Source of the DNA: the human T2T-CHM13v2.0 reference genome, Homo sapiens
Length of the DNA: 64,000 nt
Direction: 5' to 3' (one strand)
Assembly (NCBI RefSeq): GCF_009914755.1
Contig: NC_060948.1
The notes under the pieces are model-generated. The model did not search any database and was not told the DNA's origin. It saw only the letters and a list, made by a program, of their open reading frames with translations. Position numbers and translations under genes: made by a program. Each line of letters begins with the position of its first letter. Position 1 is the first letter of the stretch. Positions 13,074 through 28,509 of this stretch are shown piece by piece.

Positions 13074-15949
13074 GGGGGAACTGCGATGAAGAGATACTTT
13101 CTGCCTCATTTCTTTTCTGGTTATTTTGGAAAGGATCAAGCACTGATTTTTCAAGAAAAGAGAAATGCAGGAAGCTCAGGGGTCAGTAGCAGGCTTTGCA
13201 CACGATAAAGCAAAAACGATGGATTGACAAGCCCTTCTGATCATGGTAGTTGATTTATTTGCTCAGGTATCATGCTGTCTGTACAGTTCCATACAACAAG
13301 GAGGTGAAATCCATACCAGCTTCTCTTGTAAAACAGCCTTCCAGTCATTGACAGGCATTTTCTCTTTGCTAATTGCACCAATAATGCTTTGAATTCCTTA
13401 GGGGTGCGGTAGAAAGAATCGGAATCTGGACTGTATTGGTAAGGAGATGATGTTGAACGCACTGCATAAATTTGCCTGGTTCAGTATGTATAGAAGCATA
13501 TTCAGTGGTCTTTTCAAGAGTAAACCAGAAATACTTTTGGGCCCAACACTTGCAGTTGCTTTCCTGATGTAAAAACTAACATGCTAGATAATCCAGTGTC
13601 AGGAAGACAAAGATGCTTTGCTTCTCTGAAGAAGCTTATAATAATATACAGTATATGTATATGTAGGGAGCAATTGGTCAAAAGTGGCTTTTTGTTTCCA
13701 CAAGGGGAAAGACTGGCTATGTAATTATAATTTTTTCCTTATTTATTTTACTTAAAGCTGGTAGAGTCTAAGTATTGTATGAAGTGCCCATGATTCTGTC
13801 AGTAAATTTGAGCATATTTTTATCAGTTAATGTCATTTTAACTGGTCCTTTTGTTTGTTTCTATTTTTAAGGTGAATTTTAAATTATATCTGAAATCAGT
13901 AAGATACCTTGAGAAAAACTGCAATGAGAGGAGGTAAATATCCTTTTCAGGAGGAACTGATATCTCTGGCTAAATATTTGTCCTTTTATTATGGCATCTA
14001 AATCAGTTATTTTCTTCAGCTTTAATTTCATAAAATTAAAAAACTATATAAAAAATTCCTGTAGTTGTTGGAATAATTAAAAATTCTGGTGCAGTGGTGG
14101 TATACCAATCTTTAGAATTCTTAAGAATTCTAATGTTTCAAGTTGAGGCCATGCTTGGGAAAATCATGTCATAGCATTTATGTTATTTTCAGATATCATT
14201 TTTTACCTTGGAAAGAAGTAATAATGTTCATCATAACCCTAACAGCCTGGATAGTGAGCTAAACAAACCCTTTGAAGATTACATTTTAATCAAGTAGACT
14301 AGGAATATAAAAAACAAGTCCTTCCTCCCCTTCCCCCCACCTTTACAAATCTTACTGGAAGGGTGTTCAGAAATTAAAATTTGTGTTTGCTAAGACTTCA
14401 TTCTATTGGGGGTTTTAAGAAGTAATATATGTAATGTAAAATGTATGTAAACCACTGCAGTTTTTTTGGACATTTTTCCATGTATCAGTAAGTTGTCTGA
14501 CAGTAGCCAAATGTAACTTGCAGAAAGTTATTGAAAGTTATATTGAGAATAATAGCAATCAGGCCTTGGATGTTCTTTATTAAACTCTTTTCAAGCAGTA
14601 AATTTTAAAAAAAAATCTGCCATTTTCTAAAGTTCTTTTGCTAAGACTGTTGACTACGGAAAACAAACAACAAAATGGAATGTTTTTAGTCTGCTGCTAT
14701 TATTAACATTTGTTATCTGTACCTTTTGGCTCAGGAAATTACTTCACCTATTTGTTCCATAAGCAGACTTTTAACAGGGTCATTTAGGTAACTGGGCTGC
14801 TTAAACAGATGTGCTGGGAGAAAATTATAATATTTAGTATTTGTACTAAATATCAAAAGTATTTTGGCAAGTTTCTTTTTAAAATAGTTTCTAAAGCCTT
14901 ACCCTGGCTAGAGATGTTTTGTACAAATGATATACAGCCTGCCTGATCTACCAACATGCCAGAGAATCACAATCAACAATGTGGGGAAAGTTAGGGCAGT
15001 GGAAGTGGATGCACACTTTTTATTTTGAGGGCTTAAACCAAATTGTTTTGGACTTAAAGCTGTATTTCTGCAACTTTCAGTACAGAGAAAAAGGGGAAAG
15101 TGAAGCTGTGTCAGTTTTAACATTAGCTATATCACAACATGTTTAAGAAAGATAGATGAAGTCATTTGCATAAAGGTACAGCATTGAAATACTATGTTGT
15201 GTTTGTTTTTACATTTTTGCCAAAAAAAATACAGTAAAAGCCAAGTTAAATTTCATATTAAAGCAAGTTCTAGTATATGTATTGAGTTCCTGGTAGTCAC
15301 ATACTTTGTTCACATCTGCACCATACTTCGTAGTATGATTTGTCAGGGGAGGGACTGTGGGGTGACAGTTTCACATTTACTTTTTCTTCTTAATGCAGCT
15401 GGATCTAAGTAAAATGTTTTGAAGTTTATCAGAAACTCAGTATACTTTTAAAATATATAGGGTCAGGGTTGGGGGAAAAATACAGGTATAGTAAGAAAAG
15501 TGACCCATGAAGAAAGCATTGTGAGGTTGTATGTTGGTTGACTGTGATTAAAATGCGAGGCTGGTGTAAGTTGTAAATGGTGGCTGATTGCCATGTAACT
15601 ATGTACATGATTGTTGGGATGGCTGTCCCATATTTTGTATATTGGAATAAATATTTCTATAAATTATTGTAACTAAAAGTAAATATTCTAAATTAAATCC
15701 CACTTCTTAAGTCTCATGGCTTCTGTCTTGGAAACTTTACCTTTAAAAGATTATTTAAGACAGGAACCAGGAGGTTTGGGCACAGGGAAAGAAGGAAATG
15801 CTGTATTATGTGGGTCTTGTGGCCTCTAACCATCAGTATAGGGTTTTTTCTTTCCTTGATGGCAGTAGAAAGACCTCATTTTCATAACATAACTACTCTT
15901 CATACTTTCTTAAAAACACTTTTTATTAAAGATTCCATCATGAAGTATT

Positions 15950-16140
15950 TGGCTGGGAGCTGGGAGGCTAAAGCACTCATGTCCTGGCTCTTCAGTGAAT
16001 TTAACTGTGTGACCTTGGGCAAGTCACTTAACCTCTCTGTACTTCAGTCTCCGTATCTTGTAAAATGAGAGTAATACTTACCTCACAGTGTTGTTGTGGG
16101 GATTAATTAGAGATAACGTCTGTAAAGCACTTAAGGTTCT
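15950..16140 (+). mobile_element. MIR inside the retrocopied USP12 3'UTR
   Basis: MIR core CTGTGTGACCTTGGGCAAGTCACTTAACCTCTCTG...TGTAAAATGAGAGTAATA. Confidence 0.88.
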
Positions 16141-16245
16141 TGAAGAAGGCTCTATATAAATACAAAATAATATCTACTAAAGTTGGTTTATTTGTGTAAA
16201 AAGAAATATATATATACACAGGTATACATACATACACTACAGGGC

Positions 16246-17096
16246 TACAGTAACCAAAACAGTGTGGCACTGGTATAAAAACAGACACATAGACTAATGG
16301 AACAGAATATAGAGCCCAGAAATAAGGCTGCCCACCTAAAATTATCTGATTTTTGACAAAGTGACAAAAACAAGCAATGGAGAAAAGACTCCCTCCTATT
16401 CAATAAATGGTGTTGGGATAACTGGCTAGCCACATGGAGAAGGTTTAAACTGCACCCATTTTTTACTTCACATACAAAAATCAACTCAAGGCAGAATAAA
16501 GATTTAAATGTGAAAACCAACACTATAAAAACCCTGGAGGACAACCTAGAAAAATACCATCCTGGACCTAGAAACTGGCAAAGATTTCATGACAAAGATC
16601 CCAAAAGCAATGATAGTAAAAGCAAAAATTTACAAATAGGATGTATTTAAATGTAAGAGCTTCACCATAGCCAAAGAAACTATCAACAGAGTACACAGAC
16701 AACCTATGGAACAGGAGAAAATATTTGCAAACTATGCATTTGACAAAGGTCTAATATATAGTATCTGTAAGGACCTTAAACAAGTTTACAAGCAAAACAC
16801 CAAGAGCCACATTAAAAAGGAGGCAAAGGACATGAGCACACTTTTCAAAAGAAGACATACATGTGGCCAACAAGCATGTGAAAAAAAAATTCAATTATCA
16901 CTGAGCATTAGAGAAATGCAAATCAAAGCCACAGTGAGATATCATCTCATACCTGTCAGAGTGGCTATTACTAGAAGTTGCAAAGTAGCAGATGTTGGCG
17001 AGGTTGTGCAGAAAAGGGAATCTTTATACGCTGTTGGTGGGAGTGTAAGTTAGTTCAACCATCATGGAAAGCAGTGTGGCAATTTCTCAAAGAGCT
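16246..17096 (+). mobile_element. Inverted ORF2 segment of the older L1, right part
   Basis: Resumes TACAGTAACCAAAACAG. Ends AAAGAGCTAAA, followed by AAATAAAGGTTT (17097-17108), matching AAATACAGGTTT (8278-8289). Confidence 0.88.
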
Positions 17097-18527
17097 AAAT
17101 AAAGGTTTCAATAGGCATTTGTAGTAAGATATTTCATGTTCTGTTTAAGTCTTTCACAGTTCATATTCTTGGTAAGACCTCATTAGTAAAATCTCCAGAA
17201 ATTCCACTACGTGTAGTCTCCCTAAACATAAGGCTGAGTCATTAAGACAGTAGCACAACCTAGAACTCTTCAGTCCCTGCTTTTCTGGAAGCCAATTTAA
17301 GTAGTTATATATTTCAATCAGAGAGTGAAACATGCATTAGCCTTAAGATTTTATTCAGAATTTTATAGATAAGTGTCTCGTTTCAATTATAATCCATTGA
17401 GATGGCTGAATATCTCACTAATGGAACAATGTTTCCTCTCAAAATTTATATTTGAATGTTTTAATACAAATGAAAATATTCTTATTTTTCTGTAGTACTT
17501 TGTTATCCTAAAATTTGAAAAATGTCAAAATCAAATATAAATATGATTGAAAATCAGTTTGTAAGTCTGTTCTTATCATTTTTTGTAAGAATTTATTTTA
17601 CCTAAGCTAGCTTTGCTTCACATTATATTTTGTGGAATTTTAATAAATGGTTTTGAATAGCAATCAACACAGAAGTTTTTCTAATATTTTTATTTGGTCC
17701 ATAAAACATTAAACAAATGACAGTTTCTCTTGTTTCAAATGAATGTGTCAGTGCTGAAAAAATTTTGATGTGCTACTCACATGAGCTCACTTATAGAATT
17801 TGAGAGAAAAATAACACAATTCAAATGTTATTTTATTTTGAAAACAACCCATTTATGAGGACATATTTACTGGCTATTTGTCCATAAACACTTTTTTTCA
17901 AAAGGAGGTATGTGTTTGTTTATTTGTATGTGTATGTATGTGTGCACGCACACTCATGTACACCTATACATTTATTAATATGGAAAACAGCTAAAACTTT
18001 AAAGAAAGGTTTCTGGTCTTTGTTTTTATTTCATTCATGACATTTCAAAGAAAACTCTACTAATTGGCTGCCATTGGGTCAGATTCCCACAGCTGGCTTA
18101 ATTTTAAAATAGAGGATCTACCACAGCATATACAGCAATAATTTCATAATTTTTAATTGAATCAAGATTTTTAAATTTTATAATGAAGTATATGTAAGGT
18201 ATCTGAGAACATATTTACCCAGATAATTTATTTTTTCTTTATATTTATAATTGTAAATATAATTCTACAGTGCAAATTATTAGGTAATTTAAAAAGCTCC
18301 TTACTAGAAGAAGGTTATCATAAAGGGGAAAAAAATCATACTTCAATTAGAAATTTAAAAGTTTTCCTTATAATTTCTAAATGTTAGTGCATCTTAAAGT
18401 AGAAATGATTTAATTTTTAATTAAATAAAAATAATTTTCTCATAAAAGTACATATATATATCTTTACTTCAGAAGACTATAAAATTTAAATATTATATCA
18501 ATTAATTTGTATAATAAAATTAATCAC

Positions 18528-18553
18528 TGTGTGTGTGTGTGTGTGTGTGTGTG
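18528..18553. repeat. (TG)13 microsatellite
   Basis: Read directly. Confidence 0.95.
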
Positions 18554-18669
18554 GTTCAGTTGAGTCATAAGTCATTCTCAAATTTGTAAGTTAGGCAATA
18601 TTACAAAATGTAGTTATCATTTAATGTTTCCCGTTCAATGCGGCAAGTTATATTTTATATTTTATTACT

Positions 18670-18830
18670 GAAATGATCCTCACGACAGTGCTATAAAGGT
18701 GGTACTTTCAATATGTCTACTTTACAGATGAAACAGCTGAGTTAGAGAGATTATGTGCTTTATTCAAGGTTATATTTTTAGCATGAGGCAGGGCTATAAT
18801 TTGAACCCAAAATGTCTGACACGAGAGTTT
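18670..18830 (-). mobile_element. MIR fragment
   Basis: ATCCTCACGACAG...TTTACAGATGAAACAGCTGAG...TTTGAACCCAAAATGTCTGAC. Confidence 0.7.
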
Positions 18831-19129
18831 ACCCCCCTAAATTCTGAAGAAAATTTCTCGAATAAAGAAAGCACCCAAGGTGAAAATCAATACATATTAA
18901 AACATATATGATTTGTCTGTGAGAATATCATGGGCAATTTCTCATAATTCTGAAGGTTTAAAAGCATGCATAACAAATGAATCAGTTCATAATTTCAAAT
19001 GACATATTATAAAACTCAGTTTAAAAAGTAATTAAAGTATCTATTATCAAACATAAAGTACAATAATACTAAGCAATATCCCATAATGATGGGCCATATG
19101 GTGAGATATTATGAAAAGCTATAACATTG

Positions 19130-19451
<322 letters not shown>

Positions 19452-19901
19452 TTATCTTCAACACTTAAAATATATCTTTTGTGATTCCTCTAACAGCTCA
19501 AACATCACATAAAACAATGCAGAGGGTCAAAGCATTGTCATGTTCAGTTATTTCAGCAGCTAGTCACATATGACAGTAGGAATCTATTCTTTGAATAAAT
19601 ACGTTGAGACAGTTGTGTAGAATCCACTCACATGATACCCAACATATAACTGAAAATTACAATTGAAACTGATGGTTTAAACCATTAATTGCACCATCCA
19701 CTGAATTTTGTATATTTGTTATTTATGCTTGATAACTTGAATTGACTAATTGGTTCATAGATTGCCCGCTACTAATTCACCACCTCCAAAACACGAACAT
19801 CCCTTTGAGTACTTCTGTACTTGATCACACAAACAGAAAGGAGAAAGCACAGGTTTTGATTCTATCCACTGTGCTAAGAGCAGTATTCATTATTCACTTA
19901 A

Positions 19902-20258
19902 TGCTATAGTCTGAATGTTTCCTCCAAAATCCATGTTGAAATTTAATGGCTGTTGTGATTATATTAAGAGGTGAGAATAGTAAGAATGGGTTGCTGCCAT
20001 ATGCCATGGGGATGAGTTAATTATCCCGGGAGTAGGTTCCTGATCAAAAGCATGAGTTATACCCTCTTTCTTTCTGTCTGATGTACTCACCTGCCCTTCT
20101 GTCTTCTGCCATGTTTTGCTGCATCACAAAGACCTTCATTAGAAGCCAGCTCTTAGCCTTCTCAGCCTTCAAAACCCTGAGGCATATAAACTTCAATTTT
20201 TTAAATTAATTACCCAGTCTCTGGTACTCTGTATGGCAATGCAAAATAAACTAGGACA
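19902..20258 (+). mobile_element. MaLR solo LTR (MSTD/MLT1A-like)
   Basis: TGCTATAGTCTGAATGTTTCCTCCAAAAT...AATTACCCAGTCTCTGGTAC...CTAGGACA; near TSD CTTAA/TTTAA. Confidence 0.75.
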
Positions 20259-20501
20259 TTTAACTTTGTTATTAGCTCTTCACTATAATTTTATTTGAAC
20301 CTTTTTTGTATCAAGTGAGTAAAAACAGCATGATATGTACTCAAAAAGTAGAAAGTAAATGAATATTTTAAAATAAATTATGCATTCAATCTCAAGCTGC
20401 TTTATCTGAATTACTGAAATTAGTTTTCCTCTCACAGCAAGTTTTTATTAAAAATGTCTAAAACATTCAGAGGCAAAAATATATAACAAAAATTTACCTT
20501 C

Positions 20502-20887
20502 TGATACGGTTTGGATCTGTGTTCCTGTCCAAATCTTGTGTTGAATTGTAATATTGGAGGTAGGGCCTGGTGGGAGGTAACTGGATCACCGGGGTGGTTT
20601 CTCATGGTTTAACACCATTCTCCTTGGAGCTTTGAGTTCTCACAAAATATGGTTGTTTAAAGCTCTGTAACACCTCCCCTCTCCCTCTCTTGGTCCTATT
20701 ACTGCATTGTAAGGCGCCTCCTCCCACTTTGCCTTCTACCTTGAGTAAAAGTTCCCTGAGGCCTCTCCAGAAGCAGATGATGCCATGCTTCCTGTACAGC
20801 CTATGGAACCATAAGCCAATTAAATCTCTTTTCTTATAAATGACCCAGTCTCAGGTATTTATAGCAGTGCAAGAATGGAGTAATACA
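20502..20887 (+). mobile_element. MaLR solo LTR (MSTA-like)
   Basis: TGATACGGTTTGGATCTGTG...CCCAGTCTCAGGTATTTATAGCAGTGC...TAATACA; perfect 5-bp TSD CCTTC. Confidence 0.9.
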
Positions 20888-22039
20888 CCTTCCTTATGCT
20901 AAAGAAATGCTTCGCTGTGTAAAGGGTTCTATATACACACACAAACGTATACAGAAACAGAGACAAACTGGAGTCAGTTCTTAAAAGTTTCTAGGAATCT
21001 GATACCAAACATAAATTTTACTAACAAAGAAGAAAGAAAAGAAAAGGAAACATATAGTGTGTTGATTTATTCTAACCCAGCTACTTATATATGCCAGGTA
21101 CTAGTACTCTTCATTTGAAAATATAGATATTACTTTTAATGTTATTTGCAAAAAATAATAAATTAAAATAAATATATGTTTATATTACACCAGATTATAT
21201 CATATGAGCATTAGGGTATATTACTTCTCTCCCATGACTTTTGTTTTCACAAAGGCAAAAGATTGACAGATCAGCCATGCTACTAGTTTAGTAAATTTAG
21301 GTAAATGAATTAACTGTCCTATATTATAGTAAAAATACAGGAAAAAATAAAGTGTTTGGTGGATAGAATAATCTTTTACGAACAGCTAGAATGGTAGTTC
21401 TACTAGAATATTATCCGTACTCTTTAGCAGACAAAAATTTTTTACACATCATTGTAGGAAACAGGGCAATTTGAAATTAACTGGTGCTAAAATCTTTTCA
21501 TTACTCTACAGAAGTGTTTGTCAAAGTAAGAGCCTGGATTCACATTCATCAGAGTATGCTCTAAGCACTTCCTGTATCACTTAGGATGTAGCAAGTCACA
21601 AAAGATTATTGTTGTCTAACTTCAATAATAAGCCAGGTAAGTTACAAAGGCATAGTTTTTCTTTTTAAAAAAGTTTTAAATCTGAGGATAAAAAGAAAAC
21701 TAAATCAGCTAAAATGCAGAACATGAGAAGCCCTTCATAGGAGAGAAGAGGCTCATGTTTACTTTGTTCCTTTATAGAGTGCTGTGAGGAGAGGAATCTA
21801 CTATAGATAATTGTTAATAGCAACCACTCAAATATTGAACAGACCTTTGATAACATGTATAAGCCGGTTTATTGAATTGGGATCTGCAAACACCCCAGCA
21901 ATTAAAAAAGTATGTACAGTGCTTTCAACACTTTCCCATGGGCCCTCAAAGAATCTTAAGGGATAATATGCTAAAAGTTGCAGACAGAAGAAAACTGAGA
22001 GATAGAGCCTCCAGAGATATAACTACCCTACTTCAGTCC

Positions 22040-23100
<1,061 letters not shown>

Positions 23101-23139
23101 CTACAAGAATTTTAACCATTTTTTTCTAGTTACAGTGCT

Positions 23140-23262
23140 GATTCATAGATCCTACAACAGACCTATTGAAACTGGAATTCCAGGTTTGAGGCCCTAGAAT
23201 GTGCAATATTAACCAGCATACTGGGCAACTCTAATACACATTAAAATCTTAAACCCTTATCT
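23140..23262. mobile_element. MER5A-like hAT-Charlie MITE fragment
   Basis: CAGACCTATTGAAACTGGAATTCC...GGCCCTAGAATGTGCAATATTAACCAGC...CTAATACACATTAAA resembles MER5A. Confidence 0.6.
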
Positions 23263-24133
23263 GTAATATTCAACTTTATGTATTTTTACTACTGTATTTG
23301 CAAATTTTATTACTTCACTGTGGGCACGTAACTGATTTATAAACCTTTAAATAATGGTGTATGCTTAGAGAATCTTTTTATCTCTTATTGATTCTAACAT
23401 TTTTCTTGTCCTCTGGATTTAAAAAATTTTATTATGGTATACCTTGGTGAGATGTGCTTCATGCTTTTTGTGCTAGTTAGGATTCACTGAGCTGTGGGTT
23501 TATAATTTTCAAGTTTGGAAAATTTCTAGCCATTATATCTCTAAATATATTTCTGTTTGTTCCATGTCATCTATTCCGATGACTTGAGCTGCACATATAT
23601 TAGGCAATTTGAAGTTGTCTTGCTGTTCATTGACACTCTGCTAATTTTATTAGTGTTTCATGTTTTCTGTGATTTATTTTACATAGCTTTCTTATTGCTT
23701 TCTTCAAGTGTACAAATTCTTTCTATGTGGAAAATCTAGTCTGCCATTTATCCCATCCAGCGAATTTTATCTCAGGCATTCATTCTTACCTTCATCTCTG
23801 GACGTTAGATCTGAATCATTTTATACAACTCCCAATTCTCTACCTAATATGCTTTAATGTTTTGTCTGGCTTCTTAAACATAATAAAAACTGTTATAATA
23901 ATTATTGTTATGTCATGTTTATTAATCAATGTACTTCTGTATCTGTTTTGACTAATTGATTTTCCCTCAATATTAATTTGTATTTTTCTGTTACTTTGCA
24001 TGCTTGGTAAATTTGAATTGCTTATAATACATTGTGAATTTTAAATTGTGGATGCTAAATATTTTGTTAACCTATAAATTTTTGGATATTTGTTATTGGT
24101 CATGTTTTCATTACTTAGAAATAGTTTGATATT

Positions 24134-24460
24134 GGCCGGGCGTGGTGGCTCACGCCTGTAATCCCAGCACTTTGGGAGGCCAAGGCGGGCGGATCACGAG
24201 GTCAGGAGATGGAGACCATCCTGGCTAACACGGTGAAACCCCGTCTCTACTAAAAAAATAAAAAAAATTAGCCGGGCGTGGTGGCAGGCACCTGCTGTGC
24301 CAGCCACGCGGGAGGCTGAGGCAGGAGAATGGCATGAACCCAGGAGGCGGAGCTTGCAGTGAGCAGAGATGCACCACTGCACTCCAGCCTGGGCCACAGA
24401 GCAAGACTCCGTCTCAAAACAACAACAACAACAACAACAAAAACAAACAAACAAAAACCC
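24134..24460 (+). mobile_element. AluY with (CAA)n/(CAAA)n tail
   Basis: AluY diagnostics; TSD AGAAATAGTTTGATATT (24117-24133) and AGAAATAGTTTGTTTGATATT (24462-24482). Confidence 0.95.
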
Positions 24461-25432
24461 CAGAAATAGTTTGTTTGATATTTTCGGTTTTGCTGTTAAG
24501 CTTTGTTAGAAGATACTGAAACATAGTTTATTCTAGAAGTAAATTTTTCAACTACTTATGCAAAATTCTACTTAGTACTTTAATGATGCCCCATCAATTA
24601 TACAGTTCACTGCTTTGATTGTTGGAAACAGGCACTCTTCTTAGCTCAGTGTGAGGTCTTGGTATTGTTCCCTCTAACTCCTTTGGGTAATTCTCTCCCT
24701 AAACTGGTAATTTCCTCACATACTTGTGCTGATCAGTACTCAGTTGAATATTAGAGATTTCTGAAGTTCTGTTTGCACAAATACTTTGTAATATAAATGC
24801 TTGCTGCTTTTTCATCCCTAGAGTGGCAGCTCCTTCTGAATACAAGGAAATTGCAGGGTTTAACCGGAGTTAATACTCTCAATCAGTCATACAGCCCAGA
24901 AATCTACATCTTGGACTGCAATGATTCATGTATTTGACTTTTTGATATTTGTCTATTAGTCCCTGATGTTCTGTTCCTTTTTTGGTTTTGTTTTCTATCT
25001 TCCAGATTGATTAATCACTAATGATTTATCTTCAAATTCATCCACTCTCTCTATCATCTCTATTCTGCTACTGAGCACATCCTGTACATTTTTTAAATTT
25101 CAGAAAAGTATTTTCAGTTCTAAATTTTTCAGTTGTTTCATAGCATATACGTGTGTGTGTATAAACACATACATATGTATATTTGTCAGATTCACTTTCC
25201 GTCACTCTCAAGTGTGTTTACTTTTCACCTTATAGAGAATGGTTATAAATTAGCTGATTTAAAGTATTTTTCTGATAATTCCATTATTTAAAAATCTCTT
25301 TCTTTAATGAAAAAAATGCACATTCCTTGTTACTCCTTGCATTTTTCTTTTGGCTGTTTCTAAAAGGACATAGAATCTAATATAATGCAGAATTTAAGCC
25401 AAATATATCTGAAAGAAATGGGCATGAAGAGG

Positions 25433-26232
25433 GTTTTTTTTAATTTTTTTAATTTCCACTTTTAGATTCTGGGGGAGCATGTGCAGGTCTGTTACATGGG
25501 TATGTTGCATGATGTTGAGGTTAGGGGTGTGAATTGTCCTGTCACCCAGATAGTGAGCCTAGTACCCAATAGGTAGTTTTTCCCCCTTTGCCCTTTGCTC
25601 TTCCTTCCCACTCTAGTATTCTTGTCTATTGTTTCCATCTCTTTGCCTACCTATACCCAACGTTTAGCTCCCACTTGTAAGTGAGAACATGCAGTATTTG
25701 ATTTTCTTTTTCTGTATGATTTGCTTAGGATCATGGCCTCCAGCTGCATCCATGTTTCTGCAAAGAACATGATTTCATTCTCTTTTATGGCTCCATAGTA
25801 TTCCATGGTGATTACATACCATATTTTCTTTATCCAGTCCACCATTAATAGGCACCTTAGTTGATTCCATGTCTTTGTTATTGTGAATAGTGCTACAGTG
25901 AACATGTAAGTACATGTTTCTTTTTGGTAGAATAATTTATTTACCTTTGGGTATATACCCAGTAATAGGATTACTGGGTTGAATGGTAGTTCTATTTTAA
26001 TTCTTTGAGAAATCTCCAAACTGCTTTCCATAGTAACTGAACTAATTTACATATCCACAGTGTTTAAGTGTTCCCTTTTCTCCACAGCCTCTCCAGCATC
26101 TGCTGTTTTTTGACTTTTCAGTAATAGCAGTTCTGACTGGTGTGAGATTGTACCTCATTGTGGTTTAAATTTGCATTTTTTTGATGTTTAGTGATGTTGA
26201 ACCTTTTTTTATGTTTGTTGGCCACTTGTATG
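25433..26232 (-). mobile_element. Truncated L1 3' end (L1PA16/L1PB-like)
   Basis: Poly-T, 3'UTR and ORF 25651-26031 matching the ORF2 C-terminus (ELPFNPVILLLGIYPK). Confidence 0.88.
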
Positions 26233-28349
26233 TTATTTGGATATCTTGTAGATATCATCCTTTGAGAGTATTCTCCTGTGAAAATGTGTCACATTTCTTT
26301 CCATGTGAAATTAATTTTAGATTATACCCTGAACATTTAAATATCATGATGTGTAGATTCCGGGTCCTGTTGTACTCCTCTGGAGGGAGAAAGTTGCTTT
26401 AATTTTTAGCAGGCAATTCAAATATTTAGGCATAAACTACAAATTCTGTCTCATCTTCCAAGGGTGGTGGTACCAATCTCAGTTTAATTTTTGAAGTCTC
26501 TACTATGCGAGTTTTGTCATTCCTGTGCATGCATGATGCAAGAGTGACCTCTAGACTTATTGAATTAGTGGTATCCATTTTTCAGATTTTTACTTCCTAC
26601 ATTTTCTCCCACATTCTTCAGTTTATATGGAACTATTTTCCAATAATTCCAAGTTCTTCAGTACAGAAAGGTGAGAATTCTATTAGCAATTTAGCCATTT
26701 ATGTTTCTTCTCTGTTTTATGGTTCTGTAATTGGGTTACCCCCGGGATAAACGTGAAAGAGAAAAGAACAAAATGATAATATCATCCCCCATGCAGGACA
26801 CATCTTCAAGATTTGACTCTGATCTAAAACATTACCTTTATATACCTTTAAGAGTCCTCACATAGATTCTTTTTGTATTGTGTTAAGAACTGTCTGTTGT
26901 ACTGAGCAGAAGAGATTTGCTGTGGTAGCCTTATACTGCCATAGTGATACTAGAACCCAAAGCTATGCCATTTTAACACCTCAGCCCACTACTTTGACTC
27001 AGGAATGAAACTTCAGAAACCAACTCCAGAAAAAACTCTATGTAAATGCATAATTTTTCGTATGTTGATAAATGTACTTCAAAAAATTCATATGATATTT
27101 CTTTATCAGTTAACCTCTATTACATTTCTTTAGCTTTACCATGAAATCATTTTATGAAAGGCAGGGAATAGATTTATACAAGTTAATAACATTATTCAAG
27201 TACATAAATGCAAATGCATGATTAATTCTCAAATTTATCATAAGTGTTATAAATTCTATAACTTTATGCTCTGGGTGTTGGCTACTAGCTAACTTTCTTT
27301 TGTGTTATATTTGAGCAGAGCTCACTGTTAATATATTCAGGCTTTTAAAAAGAAGTTATGTATTTTTCTGTATTGGAGATACAATTAAGATTCTTCAAAG
27401 TAACAGGCAATATTTTGATAAATCCTAGTATACTAAGTTACCAATGTTGACAAAATATCACTCTATAATTTTCTAGAAAGATATGCCATTCATTTGTCCA
27501 GTTAATCCAAAATTTCATTCTTGCTAGTTTAAGTATGATAATAATTTTGACAAGTGGTGTCCACAAATACTATATTATTACTTATAGCAGTGAATAAGTT
27601 ATTCACATATTAACTCATAGGAAAATTTCTATAGTTGATTTTATATCTAAATATGACACAATGTAAAAAGGTTCTTTCCTTATCTGAAGTCATCATTTTA
27701 TTTTTATTTTTGAGAGAATATTGAGATAACCTTTAAGATATGAATATACATTTTCTATGCATTAACTTTTTAAAAGTTTTGTTAAATATTATTCATAATA
27801 TTTATGTATTTTAAATTTTAAATATATTTGTAATCTACTTGTAAATGACTTTTACAGCACGACTATTTCCATGGACTATTTTTACACTTCGAAGATTCAA
27901 ATACGGTGTTGAATTAATAGTTTATACTGTATTGATCAATGATTGCTTACCTGTTATTCATCAGTCTATGCATTGAATAAATATTTGTTGACCACCAATA
28001 TATGTCAGCACGTGTATACTGTGTTAAGACACAGAGAATTATCACAGTTTTGGCAGTAAGTGGAATGACTTATATAAGCAGTTCAAAGTTTACCTTCTTT
28101 ACAATAAATTACTTTATCTCCCAGGGCAATCTTACCATCAGCAGCCCAAATTTGTATACTTAATATGTGACTTATATTTTGATGACCTAACATACAATAG
28201 ACAGGGGTCTGTAGGTTTATTCAGAATAATAATTTTTTAAATAATAAAAATAAAAATAATAAAAATCCATTAATGAAATCTTTTCATATTTATATTGATT
28301 GCATTATTTTAAAGTTAAAGTGAAGAGAAAGTAAATAAGAGGACATAAA

Positions 28350-28509
28350 TTTTTATTGAGACCATTCACTGTGCCAGTTACTGGGCTATACTGTTTACAA
28401 ATGATTGAATCTTACAAAACATCCTCAGGACAGAATTTAACTGAATTTTCAGAATTTTACAAAACACCCTCAGAATAGAAATTGTTTACCAATTTTAGAA
28501 GTAGAAAAT
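28350..28509 (-). mobile_element. MIR fragment, apparently resuming near 31262-31300
   Basis: TTATTGAGACCATTCACTGTGCCAG...AATCTTACAAAAC...ATTTTAGAAGTAGAAAATT; after the LTR, GTAAGTAACTTGTC. Confidence 0.55.

Larger units (their letters stand above)
23360..26960 (-). mobile_element. Very old L1M/HAL1-like 5'/ORF1-region remnants, interrupted by younger repeats
   Basis: T-rich degenerate motifs GGATTCACTGAGCT, CAAGTTTGGAAAATTTCTAGCCATTAT and TTATCTTCAAATTCA. Confidence 0.5.
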
